A DNA stretch of 64,000 bases from an uncultured Actinomycetota bacterium. GTDB taxonomy: Bacteria; Actinomycetota; Actinomycetes; Mycobacteriales; Micromonosporaceae. The notes below the pieces were generated by a model, which was not told the origin of the DNA, did not search any database, and saw only the letters and a list, made by a program, of their open reading frames with translations. The DNA lies in contig CAVTWH010000004.1 in assembly GCA_963738365.1 (NCBI GenBank), positions 2,711-66,710 of the forward strand. Direction: 5' to 3'. A program made the translations under genes and the position numbers. Positions 9,508-19,170 of this stretch are shown here, one piece after another; within the stretch, counting starts at the first letter, position 1, and every line of letters starts with the position of its first letter.

Positions 9508-12357
9508 TCACATCTCCGCGAGTACCTGACGGATGCGCTGGTCCAGCGGCCCCGGGGTCGGCTTCGCGCGGAGCCGTAGCGCCTCTTCCAGGTGCGCGCG
9601 GCCGCCCTCCCGGTCACCGCGCTTGAGCAGGCACAGGCCCAGGCCGTAGAGGGTCATGGCAATGCCGGGCTTGTCGCCCAGCGAACGGGCGATGGCCAGG
9701 GCCGCCCGGCACTGCTCCTCCGCCTCGGCCTGGCGGCCCTGGCGTAACCGCAGCTGGCCGTGCCAGAACAGGGTGACCGCTCCGCCCAGCGCACTGGCCT
9801 CCGTCCGGAAGATCGACAACGCCTGGCTGAGGTACTCGTCCGCCGTGTCCAGGTCGCCGTCATCCATCGCCACCTGACCCAGCGAGCGGATGGCGAAGCC
9901 CAGCGACCGGCGGGAAGAGGCTCCGCCCAGCAGCGGCAGAGCCTTCTGGAACCACTCCCGAGCCGCCGCGTTACGGTCCCGGATGCGCTCGGCGATCCCC
10001 AGCGACATCATCGTCCGCCCGGTAATGGCCGGCTCCTCGCGGTCGGCGAAGTACCGGTATGCGGCATGCAGGTTGCGCAGTCCGTCCTCCCGGTGGTTAC
10101 GGTCCATGTCAGCGATGCCCTGCGCGTGGCGGATCAACGCCTCGGCGCGCGCGTCACCGGTTGCCTCGGCGGCGTCCAACGCCAGCCGTAGCAGGTCCTG
10201 CCAGATTTCGTTCTCCCGACGCATCTGCAACGCGGGCGACAGCGTGACCGCCAGCTGCCAGCACTGGCCGGTGGCCGGGGTGGTGGCGCTGCGCCGTACC
10301 AGGGCCTCGACCAGTTGAAGTTCCTGCTCCAGCCAGGCGGTCGAGTGTGCCATCAACGCCTCGGCCGTGGCCTCCGGCAGCGGCCAGCAGGCGTCTGCTG
10401 TGGCCACCGGGATCCAGATGCCGCTGTCCACCTGGGCCGTCACGGCGGCGACAAGGTGCAGCAGCGCACCTGCGGCCCGCTGGGTGGCGGCGGCCAGCTC
10501 CTGCGGGCTCTGTTGGTGGTGTGCCTGTTCGCGGGCGTAGAGGCGGACCAGGTCGTGCATCCGGAACCGGGGCTGGCCGTTCTGCTCGCTGCCGACGATG
10601 TCGAGCAACTGGGCGTCGAACAGCTCCTCGCACAGCGCCTCGGCGGCCGGCACGCCTGTGTCCAGCAGCGCCGCGGCGAGCCACACCGGGTACTCCCCCG
10701 CACCCTGCTCGGCCAGTCGGCCGAGCAGGGTGCGGGCCTGCGTGGACAGTTCGCGGTAGCTCAACCCGACGCTGGCCCGCACGTCCAGGTGCCCGTAGCT
10801 GAACTGGTCCAGCCGCCCGTGCTCGTCGGCGAGCAGGCCGGCCAGCTTGGCGATGCCCCAGTGCGGCTTGGTGGCCAGTTTCGCCCCGGCCACCCGGATG
10901 GCCAGCGGCAGCAGGCCGCAGCGGGTACAGAGCTCGGCAGCCGCCTGCGGCTCCGCGCTCACCCGCTGCTGCCCGGCCAGGACGGCCAACAGGTCGGCCG
11001 CCTGGTCCGGGGCGAGCACCTCCAGCGGCAGGCCGACCGCCCCCAGCGTGGCGCCCAGCCGACGCCGCGAAGTGAGGATGACGCCGCACCCGGCATCGCC
11101 CGGGATCAGCGGGGCCACCTGGTCCTCGTCGGCCACGTTGTCCAGTACCAGCAGTACCCGGCGACCGGCGAGCAGGTTGCGGTAGAGGTCGACCCGCTCC
11201 TCGAACGAAGCCGGCAGCGCGGCGGAGTCGACGCCCAGCGCCCGCAGGAAACGCAGCAGGATCTCGGCGGGGCGGGCCGGCCGGTCCTCTTCGATGCCGC
11301 GCAGGTTGGCGTAGAGCCGGCCGTCGGGGTAGACGTCCGCGAGGCTGTGCGCCACGTGCAGGGCCAACGCGGTCTTGCCGACGCCACCCGGGCCGCTGAC
11401 GGCCACCACCCGCATCCGCGCCGGTGCCGGATCGATGAGCAGGCCCCGGGCCAGGTCCACCTCAGCGGTACGCCCGGTGAAGTCCGCGATGTCCGGCGGC
11501 AGCGTGTTGACCACGGCTGGCGCGGCGGCTGGGAGGTCGGCCGCGGGTGGCGCCTGGTCGCCGCCGGCCAGCCCGGCGTACGGGTCGGTCGGGTCGGCGG
11601 GTAGTTGTGCGGCGCTGCGTAGCAGGGCCAGGTGCAGGGCGTGTAGTTCGTTGGACGGGTCGACGCCGTATTCGTCGCGTAGCCAGCGCCGCCATTGGTC
11701 GTAGTGGGCCAGGGCCTGGGTGCTGCGCCCGGCGGCGTGCAGGGCGCGCAGGGCCAGCCCGGCCAGGCGTTCCCGCTCGGGATGGGACAGCGATTCGGTG
11801 ACGGCCCGGTCAGCCATCCGGCCAGCGTCGCCGAGGTGCAGTTCGACGGTGAGCAGGTCTTCGACGGCGGTCAGTCGCGCGGACTCCAGCGCCAGGCCGT
11901 AGGAGGTCCAGATGGAGCCGGACGGCTCGGTGTCCAGGACGGGTCCGCGCCACAGGGCCAGCGCGGCCCGTAGTGCGCGCGCGGACTCGGTCAGGCTGGT
12001 CGCGGACCGGGCCTGCCCGGCCAGCGCCGTGAACCGGGCACTGTCGATGCTGTCCGGTTCGGCGTGCAGCAGGTAGCTGGTGCCGCTGGATTCCAGCCGC
12101 AGGAGTCCCGGGTCGGCGGCCAGCACGCCGATCGCGGCGCGCAGCTCCGAGATGCGGGTCTGTAGCACCGGGCGGGCCTGTGCGGGCGGCGAGTCGCTCC
12201 ACAGTAGGTGGACCAGGCGGTCCACCGAGACGGGTGTGCCGGCTTCGAGGATCAGGATGCCGAGCAGTTGGCGCTGCTGGCGACGGCGCAGCACCAGTTG
12301 CCGGCCGGCGTGCCACACCTCGACCGGACCGAGTACCCGCAGATCGATCGCCGACAT
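9508..12357 (-). CDS. AfsR/SARP-family regulator (OmpR-type wHTH + BTAD + NB-ARC + TPR)
   Basis: ORF 9508..12435 with start set at ATG 12357 (MSAIDLRVLGPVEV). It has Walker A VSGPGGVGKTALA, Walker B RVLLVLDNV and C-terminal TPR-like repeats. Confidence 0.9.
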   Translation of the reverse strand: MSAIDLRVLGPVEVWHAGRQLVLRRRQQRQLLGILILEAGTPVSVDRLVHLLWSDSPPAQARPVLQTRISELRAAIGVLAADPGLLRLESSGTSYLLHAEPDSIDSARFTALAGQARSATSLTESARALRAALALWRGPVLDTEPSGSIWTSYGLALESARLTAVEDLLTVELHLGDAGRMADRAVTESLSHPERERLAGLALRALHAAGRSTQALAHYDQWRRWLRDEYGVDPSNELHALHLALLRSAAQLPADPTDPYAGLAGGDQAPPAADLPAAAPAVVNTLPPDIADFTGRTAEVDLARGLLIDPAPARMRVVAVSGPGGVGKTALALHVAHSLADVYPDGRLYANLRGIEEDRPARPAEILLRFLRALGVDSAALPASFEERVDLYRNLLAGRRVLLVLDNVADEDQVAPLIPGDAGCGVILTSRRRLGATLGAVGLPLEVLAPDQAADLLAVLAGQQRVSAEPQAAAELCTRCGLLPLAIRVAGAKLATKPHWGIAKLAGLLADEHGRLDQFSYGHLDVRASVGLSYRELSTQARTLLGRLAEQGAGEYPVWLAAALLDTGVPAAEALCEELFDAQLLDIVGSEQNGQPRFRMHDLVRLYAREQAHHQQSPQELAAATQRAAGALLHLVAAVTAQVDSGIWIPVATADACWPLPEATAEALMAHSTAWLEQELQLVEALVRRSATTPATGQCWQLAVTLSPALQMRRENEIWQDLLRLALDAAEATGDARAEALIRHAQGIADMDRNHREDGLRNLHAAYRYFADREEPAITGRTMMSLGIAERIRDRNAAAREWFQKALPLLGGASSRRSLGFAIRSLGQVAMDDGDLDTADEYLSQALSIFRTEASALGGAVTLFWHGQLRLRQGRQAEAEEQCRAALAIARSLGDKPGIAMTLYGLGLCLLKRGDREGGRAHLEEALRLRAKPTPGPLDQRIRQVLAEM

Positions 12358-12479
12358 CGAAATCCCCCCAAGGCGAAGCCAACCTATCGCACCGGCCACC
12401 CGATGGCAGGTTGGCCTGGTACCGGCGTCCCGCACAGCGGAGGTGAGGCCCCGGCCCGCCCCGCGGCTGGCCGGTCAGG

Positions 12480-15323
12480 TCACAGCTCGGCCAGCTGCTG
12501 CTCCAGGAACTGCTCGAGGATGGTCGGGCGCGGGCTGCGGAGCAGCGCCAGCGCCTCGGTGAAGAGTTGCCGTGCTTCGTCGCGGTTACCCCGGTGCAGC
12601 TCACACCGCCCGAAAATATCCAGACAGTGCGCGATGCCGGGCTTGTCGCCGAACTGTACGGCCACCGCCAGCGCCGCCCGGCCCAGCTCCTCCGCCTCGT
12701 CCACCCGGCCCTGCCGCAGCCGGAGCCGGGCATGCCAGGACCGTAGGATCGCGAGGTTGAGCCGGTTGCCGCTCGGTTCGACGACGGACATCGCTTCGGC
12801 GAAGTAGCGCTCCGCCGCCTCCACAGCTCCCGAACGCAGTTCGAGCTGACCCAGTGCCCGCAGCGACATGCCGACCACGTGGACATGGCCGGTGGCCCGG
12901 GCGACGGCCAGTGAACGCTGGTAGTGCTCCCGGGCTTCGTCCAGACGATCGCAGTAGCGCAGCATGTTGCCGGTGTGCACGAGCACCACCGCGATCCCGT
13001 GGCCGTGGTCCAGCTCCTGGAAGATGCGCTGCGCCGCGTCCAGATGCTCGGTGGCCTCGGCGAAGTCGGTCCGGTCAATGGCGATGATGCCGAGCATGTG
13101 CCGGATTCGCGCTTCCCCGTAGCGGTCGCCGGCCGCACAGGCCGCCGGCAGGGTGACGTCGAGGAGCGCCTGCCAGTCGTCGTAGAGCCGGTACATCTCG
13201 AACATCATGGTGAGGGCCGCCGGGATCTCCCAGCTCAGTCCCGTCTCCGGCTGCCCGGCCACCCGGCGGGTGAGCGTGCCGATGGTCGGGCTCTCACGCT
13301 CCAGCCACCGCCGGGGATCGGCGACCAGCGCATCGACCGTGACCGGGTCCAGCGGCCACTCCTGCGCCTCGCCGGGCGCTTCGATCAACATGAGTCCGCT
13401 GTCCGACGGACGGGCCGCCGCACGGCACAGGGCCAGCAGCGCACCGGCGGCCCGGCGGTCGACCGCGGCCAACTCCTGCGGGCTGTCCTCCAGCCGCGCC
13501 CGCTCGCTGCCGTAGAGCCGGACCAGGTCGTGGATGCAGTAGCGGGGCTGGCCGTTCTGCTCGTCACCCGCGATGTTGATCAGCTGCGCGTCGAACAGCT
13601 CCTCGCAGACGGCTTCGGCGGCGTCGAGGTCGGTGTCCAGCGCGGCGGCCGCCAGCCAGACGGGGTACTCGGGCAGGTTCAACCCGGCCAGGTGGCGCAG
13701 CAGACGGCGGGCGTCGTCGGAGAGTTCGCGGTAGCTGAGCCCGATGCTGGCGCGTACGTCCAGGGCGCCGAGGCTGAACTGGTCGAGCCGGTCGAGTTCG
13801 TCGTTGAGCTGGGTGACCAGTTTCGCCACCGACCAGTGCGGCTTGGCCGCCAGTTTGGCGCCGGCGATGCGGATGGCCAGTGGGAGCAGTCCGCAACGGC
13901 TACACAGCTGGGCGGCGGCTTCGGGTTCGGCGGCCAACCGGGGTGCGCCGGCGAGCACGCCCAACAGGGCGGCGGCCTGCTCGCGCCGGAGTACGTCCAG
14001 CGGCAGCACCCGGGCGCCCAGCGCCGTCCCCACCCGTCGGCGTGAGGTGACCAGCGCGGCCGAGCCGGGGGTGCCGGGTAGCAGCGGGGCGATCTGGTTG
14101 TCGTCGGCGACGTTGTCCAGCACCAGTAGCAGCCGCCGGCTGGCCAGCACGCTGCGGTACACGTCGACCCGCTCGTCGAAGGAAGCGGGTAGGGCGGCGC
14201 CGTCCACGCCGAGAGCGCGCAGGAACCGGGCCAGTACCTCCGCCGGGCTGGCTGGCTGCTGCTCCTCGACGCCGTGCAGGTTGGCGTAGAGCTGGCCGTC
14301 CGGATAGGCGTTGCGCACCTGGTGGGCCACGTGCAGCACCAGGGCCGTCTTGCCGACTCCGCCCGGTCCACAGACGGCGAGCACCGGCGCCCGCTCCGGC
14401 GCGGCCTCCAGCAGCGCGGAGCGCAGCAGCTCGATCTCCGCCGTACGCCCGGTGAAGTCCGCGATGTCGGCGGGCAGGGTGCTCACCGCCGCGCCCGGGC
14501 CGGAGACGCCGGCACGGGCGGCGGCCGGGGCGGCGAGCAGGCCGGCGTACGGGTCGTCGGGGTCGGGCGGCAGCTGCGGGTCGCCACGGACCAGCGCCAG
14601 GTGCAGCTGCTGGAGCGTGGGGGAGGGGTCGATGCCCAGTTCGCGGCGCAGCCAACGGCGCCAGTCGTCGTAGTGGTGCAGCGCCTGGCTGCTCCGGCCG
14701 GTGGCGTGCAGGCCGCGCAGCGCCAGGCTGAGCAGCCGGTCCCGGTCGGGATGGGCCAGCGATTCGGTGACCGCGCGGTCGACGCTGCCGTGCGGGTCGG
14801 TGTGCAGGCCGACGGTGAGCAGGTCCTCCACGGCGGTCAGCCGGGCCGACTCCAGCGGCCGGCCGAGCACCGTCCACAGCCGGCCGCCCGGTTCGGCCTC
14901 CAGGACCGGGCCGCGCCACAGGTCCAGTGCCGTTTGGAGCAGGCGCTGGGCGTCGGCCAGCCGGCCCGCGTCGCGGGCCTGCCGGGTGAGGGTCAGGAAC
15001 CGCTGGCTGTCCACGGCGTCGGGGTCGGCGTGCAGGGTGTAGCCGGTGCCGTGCGAATCCAGGCGCACCGTGCCAGGGTCGACCGGGAACGCCGCGAGCG
15101 CGGCGCGCAGCTCGGAGATGCGGGTCTGTATCACCGGCCGGGCGCGGCGCGGGGGTTCGTCGTCCCAGAGCAGGTCGATGAGGCGGTCGACGGAGACCTG
15201 CGCTCCGACGTGGAGGATGAGGATGCCGAGCAGTTGGCGCTGCTGGCGCCGGCCCAGCACCAGGCGCCGCCCGGCGTGTCGCAGCTCCACAGGTCCAAGT
15301 ACCCGAAGATCTACCACCGTCAT
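12480..15323 (-). CDS. AfsR/SARP-family regulator, tandem paralogue
   Basis: 947 aa starting MTVVDLRVLGPVELRHAG, with Walker A CGPGGVGKTALV and Walker B RLLLVLDNV. By eye the N-terminal 250 aa are about 60-65% identical to the neighbouring SARP. Confidence 0.9.
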   Translation of the reverse strand: MTVVDLRVLGPVELRHAGRRLVLGRRQQRQLLGILILHVGAQVSVDRLIDLLWDDEPPRRARPVIQTRISELRAALAAFPVDPGTVRLDSHGTGYTLHADPDAVDSQRFLTLTRQARDAGRLADAQRLLQTALDLWRGPVLEAEPGGRLWTVLGRPLESARLTAVEDLLTVGLHTDPHGSVDRAVTESLAHPDRDRLLSLALRGLHATGRSSQALHHYDDWRRWLRRELGIDPSPTLQQLHLALVRGDPQLPPDPDDPYAGLLAAPAAARAGVSGPGAAVSTLPADIADFTGRTAEIELLRSALLEAAPERAPVLAVCGPGGVGKTALVLHVAHQVRNAYPDGQLYANLHGVEEQQPASPAEVLARFLRALGVDGAALPASFDERVDVYRSVLASRRLLLVLDNVADDNQIAPLLPGTPGSAALVTSRRRVGTALGARVLPLDVLRREQAAALLGVLAGAPRLAAEPEAAAQLCSRCGLLPLAIRIAGAKLAAKPHWSVAKLVTQLNDELDRLDQFSLGALDVRASIGLSYRELSDDARRLLRHLAGLNLPEYPVWLAAAALDTDLDAAEAVCEELFDAQLINIAGDEQNGQPRYCIHDLVRLYGSERARLEDSPQELAAVDRRAAGALLALCRAAARPSDSGLMLIEAPGEAQEWPLDPVTVDALVADPRRWLERESPTIGTLTRRVAGQPETGLSWEIPAALTMMFEMYRLYDDWQALLDVTLPAACAAGDRYGEARIRHMLGIIAIDRTDFAEATEHLDAAQRIFQELDHGHGIAVVLVHTGNMLRYCDRLDEAREHYQRSLAVARATGHVHVVGMSLRALGQLELRSGAVEAAERYFAEAMSVVEPSGNRLNLAILRSWHARLRLRQGRVDEAEELGRAALAVAVQFGDKPGIAHCLDIFGRCELHRGNRDEARQLFTEALALLRSPRPTILEQFLEQQLAEL

Positions 15324-15370
15324 CGCGCCGCGTCCCCCCAGTGCCAGGCCAACCTACCGTAGCGGTCAAT

Positions 15371-15389
15371 GGGAAGCGAACGGGAAGCG
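15371..15389 (-). promoter_or_regulatory. direct repeat GGGAAGCG-N3-GGGAAGCG (11-bp period) upstream of SARP-2
   Basis: Two identical 8-mers at 15371..15378 and 15382..15389, about 48-66 nt upstream of start 15323. A TAGGTT -10-like hexamer (minus strand, 15351..15356) lies between them and the start. Confidence 0.3.
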
Positions 15390-15660
15390 CCCGGTGAGCC
15401 GACTGCCCGAGGCTGATCACTGCCCGGACAAGTCACCGGCGCCACGGGGGCGCCGGTTGCTGTTCCGGGCCGGTACGTGCCGCACCCCCCTCGCGGTCGC
15501 CCCGTCGAAATACCGCTGGTACCCGGGGAGGCTGGCCATCCTCCCTGCCTTCCCGGGCAGCCGGCGCCGCGCAGGGGAGACCGTCGCGGGTTCGCCACGG
15601 GCGAACGCCTCCCGGCCGTCGCGGGCAGCCGGCTCACCCGGGTCGTGACAGGCTTGGCCG

Positions 15661-16662
15661 ATGACAGCGACAGCAACCACCCGCAGCCTCGGCCGCAGCG
15701 GCATCACCGTGAGCGCGCTGGGTCTGGGCTGCTGGGCGATCGGCGGACCGTTCTGGTCCGGTGACACCCCGCTCGGCTGGGGCGAGGTCGACGACGCCGA
15801 GTCGACCCGGGCCATCCGCCGCGGCCTCGATCTCGGCGTGACCTTCTTCGACACCGCCAACGTCTACGGAGCCGGCCACAGCGAACGCGTCCTGGGCCGG
15901 GCACTGGGCGCCGACCGGAGCCGGGTGGTCATCGCCACCAAGTGGGGTAACACCTTCGACGAGCAGAGTCGGCAGACGTACGCCCCGGATCCGAGCCCGG
16001 AGCACGTCGGCCGGGCGGTACGCGCCAGCCTGGCCCGGCTCGGCACCGACTACATCGACCTGTACCAGCTCCACCTCAACGACGCGCCGATCCCCCAGGC
16101 GCTGGAGCTGGTGCCGGCCCTGGAGAAGCTGGTCGACGAGGGCCTGATCCGCAGCTACGGCTGGAGTACCGACTTTCCCGGGCGGGCCGAGGCGTTCGCG
16201 GCCGCCGGCCAGCACGTGGCCGCCGTCCAGTTCCAGGCCAACGTGCTGGACCAGGCGCGGGACATGACGGCGCTGTGCGAGCGGCTGGGGCTGGCCGGCA
16301 TCAACCGCGGACCGCTGGCCATGGGCCTGCTGACCGGCAAGTTCTCCGGCGCGGCCAGGCCGGCACTGGGCAGCGACGACGTGCGCGGCAAGACGCCCGA
16401 GTGGATGAGCTACTTCACCGACGGCGTCCCCGCACCGCAGTACCTGCGCCGCATCGCGGCCGTCCGCGAGGTGCTCACCGCCGGTGGCCGTACCCTCGCC
16501 CAGGGCGCCCTGGCGTGGCTGTGGGGGGTCAGCCCGGTACTCATCCCGATCCCCGGCTTCCGCACGGTGGCCCAGGTCGAGGAGAACGTCGGGGCGCTGG
16601 CCCACGGCCCGCTCACCCCGCAGCAGCTGACCGAGATTGACACCCTCCTGGGCGGCGGGTGA
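15661..16662 (+). CDS. aldo/keto reductase
   Basis: 333 aa with GVTFFDTANVYGAGHSERVLG and other AKR signatures. Confidence 0.9.
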   Translation: MTATATTRSLGRSGITVSALGLGCWAIGGPFWSGDTPLGWGEVDDAESTRAIRRGLDLGVTFFDTANVYGAGHSERVLGRALGADRSRVVIATKWGNTFDEQSRQTYAPDPSPEHVGRAVRASLARLGTDYIDLYQLHLNDAPIPQALELVPALEKLVDEGLIRSYGWSTDFPGRAEAFAAAGQHVAAVQFQANVLDQARDMTALCERLGLAGINRGPLAMGLLTGKFSGAARPALGSDDVRGKTPEWMSYFTDGVPAPQYLRRIAAVREVLTAGGRTLAQGALAWLWGVSPVLIPIPGFRTVAQVEENVGALAHGPLTPQQLTEIDTLLGGG

Positions 16663-16719
16663 ACCGGACCGGTGAACTGACGGTCCACGGGTGTGGTCCC
16701 GCACGGTATCGGCGGCATC

Positions 16720-16744
16720 GGAGGCTGGCGTCACGCCGGCCTCC
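16720..16744. terminator. hairpin between convergent AKR and EF-G-like genes
   Basis: GGAGGCTGGCG, TCA, CGCCGGCCTCC. The stem is 11 bp with one G-U pair and a 3-nt loop. Confidence 0.35.
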
Positions 16745-16754
16745 GCGCCGCCTG

Positions 16755-18917
16755 TCAGCTGTGCGTACCCGCGTGCTCCTTGCGGGCCTGCTCGGCGAGG
16801 TGGCTGGGCATCGGCTCGTGCCGGACGAACTCGCGCCGGAACGACCCCGTCCCCGACGTCATCGCCCGCAGCTCCACCAGATACCGCACCAGCTCGGTGG
16901 CCGGCACCTCGGCCCGCACCACCGACCGCTCCGAGCCGTCCTCGGCCGCCTCGGTACCCAGCACCCGTCCGCGCCGCCCGGACAGGTCGCTCATCACCGC
17001 CCCGACGAACGAGTCGGGCACCCGGATGCTCACCTCGTCCACCGGTTCGAGGAGGGTCACCTGACCCTTCTCGGCCGCGTCCTTGAGGGCCAGCTGGCCG
17101 GCGGTCTGGAAGGCGGCATCGGAGGAGTCGACCGAGTGGGCCTTGCCGTCGACCAGGGTGACCCGCAGGTCGACCACCGGGTACCCGGCGACGATGCCGC
17201 GCTCCATCTGCGCCCGTACCCCCTTCTCCACGCTGGGGACGTAGTTGTTCGGCACGGCGCCGCCGACCACCTTGTCGACGAACTCGAAGCCGGCGCCGCG
17301 GGGCAGCGGCTCGACGTCGATGTCGCAGACGGCGTACTGGCCGTGCCCGCCGGACTGCTTGACGTGCCGGCCGTGCCCCTTGGAGCCGGCCGCGAAGGTT
17401 TCCCGCAGGGCCACCTTGACCGGCTCGGTGCCCAGGTCCACGCCGCCGCCGCGCAGCCGTTCCAGGACGACGTCGGCGTGCGCCTCGCCCATGCACCAGA
17501 GCACCAGCTGGTGGGTCTCCGGGTTGCGCTCCAGCCGCAGGGTGGGGTCGCCGGCGACCAGCCGGGCCAGGTTCTTGGCCAGGGCGTCCTCGTCGGAGCG
17601 GGTCTTGGCGACGATGGCCACCGGGAGCAGCGGTTCGGGCATCTCCCAGGCCTCGACCAGCAGCGGGCTGTCCTTGGCGGAGATGGTGTCGCCGGTTTCG
17701 GCGGTGCCGGACTTGGTGATGGCGCAGATGTCGCCGGCCACGCAGTAGGGAACTTCGCGCAGGTTGGCGCCGAGCGGGCTGAACAGGTGGGCGACCCGTT
17801 CGTCGGCATCGTGGTCGGCGTGGCCGCGTTCCGACATGCCGTGGCCGGCGATGTGCACGGCGGTCTCCGGGCGCAGCGTGCCGGAGAAGACCCGGACCAG
17901 GGAGACCCGGCCGACGTACGGGTCGATGGTGGTCTTGACCACCTCGGCGACCAGCGGCCCGGACGGGTCGCAGGCCAGCGGCTCCTTCGGCTCGCCGGCC
18001 AGCCCGGCGACGGTGGGCAGGTCGTGCTCCAGGGGCGACGGGAAACCGCTGACCAGCAGCTCCAGCAGGGCGTCCAGGCCGACGGAGGTGTCCGCACAGA
18101 CCGGGATCACCGGGTAGAAGGTGCCCCGGGCCACGGCCTTCTCCAGGTCGGCCACCAGGACCGCGGTGTCGATCTCCTCGCCACCCAGGTAGCGGTCCAT
18201 CAGCGACTCGTCCTCGCTCTCCGCGATGATCCCTTCGATCAGCTCGGCGCGGGATTCGGCGATGGCCGGCAGGTGCTCGGCGTCGGGCTCGCGGACCTGC
18301 GGCGGGTGCCCCTGGGTGTAGTCGAAGACCCGCTGGGTGATCAGGCCGATCAGGCCGGCCACCGAGGTGCCGTCGTCGCCGTGCATGGGCAGGTAGAGCG
18401 GCAGCACGTTGTCGCCGAAGACGCGCTGGCAGAGCGCGACGGCCTCGTCGAAGTCGGCGCGCGGGTGGTCGAGCCGGCTGACCGCGACGGCCCGGGGCAT
18501 GCCGACGGCGGCGCACTCCTCCCACAGCGCGGCGGTGGCGGCGTCCATGCCGTCGGCGGCGCTGACCACGAACAGCGCCGCGTCGGCGGCGCGCAGCCCG
18601 GCGCGCAGTTCCCCGACGAAGTCGGCGTAGCCGGGGGAGTCCAGTAGGTTGATCTTGGTCGTACCGGCCTGGAGCGGTGCGCAGGACAGCGCCACCGAGC
18701 GCTGCTGGCGTACCGCCGCGGGGTCGTGGTCGCCGGTGGTGGTGCCGTCCTGCACCGACCCGGCCCGGGGGATGGTGCCGGTCGCGGCGAGCAGCGCCTC
18801 GACCAGCGTCGTCTTTCCGGCCCCCGAGTGCCCCACCAGGACCACGTTGCGTACCCTGCCGGGCTCATCAACCACCGGCGCGCCGGTGAGCCCCTTCTCC
18901 TGGGTCTTCTGCGCCAT
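16755..18917 (-). CDS. elongation factor G-like GTPase (EF-G2-type paralogue)
   Basis: 720 aa with G1 GHSGAGKTTL, G3 DSPGYADF and EF-G domains II-V recognisable. It is not in a str operon context. Confidence 0.88.
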   Translation of the reverse strand: MAQKTQEKGLTGAPVVDEPGRVRNVVLVGHSGAGKTTLVEALLAATGTIPRAGSVQDGTTTGDHDPAAVRQQRSVALSCAPLQAGTTKINLLDSPGYADFVGELRAGLRAADAALFVVSAADGMDAATAALWEECAAVGMPRAVAVSRLDHPRADFDEAVALCQRVFGDNVLPLYLPMHGDDGTSVAGLIGLITQRVFDYTQGHPPQVREPDAEHLPAIAESRAELIEGIIAESEDESLMDRYLGGEEIDTAVLVADLEKAVARGTFYPVIPVCADTSVGLDALLELLVSGFPSPLEHDLPTVAGLAGEPKEPLACDPSGPLVAEVVKTTIDPYVGRVSLVRVFSGTLRPETAVHIAGHGMSERGHADHDADERVAHLFSPLGANLREVPYCVAGDICAITKSGTAETGDTISAKDSPLLVEAWEMPEPLLPVAIVAKTRSDEDALAKNLARLVAGDPTLRLERNPETHQLVLWCMGEAHADVVLERLRGGGVDLGTEPVKVALRETFAAGSKGHGRHVKQSGGHGQYAVCDIDVEPLPRGAGFEFVDKVVGGAVPNNYVPSVEKGVRAQMERGIVAGYPVVDLRVTLVDGKAHSVDSSDAAFQTAGQLALKDAAEKGQVTLLEPVDEVSIRVPDSFVGAVMSDLSGRRGRVLGTEAAEDGSERSVVRAEVPATELVRYLVELRAMTSGTGSFRREFVRHEPMPSHLAEQARKEHAGTHS

Positions 18918-19170
18918 TGGCGCACCTCCCTGCCCGCTGAGCCTGACGGTCGCAGTACCTTACGTGCCGAGAAGATCGGTTCTGAAGCAGGCTGCGACCG
19001 GGCGCCGTTTATGACGGTCTTGTTGCCGATCCCACACCCGCCCGGGTCACCACACAACCCCGTCCAGTAATTTCCCGTCCCCGGTGTGTCGCTCCGGGCG
19101 TCACCGGCGCGATTTGCGTCCGGCCCGGCGTGCCGGTTCCGGCCTGCGCGCCGCTATCGTGAGAGCCGCT

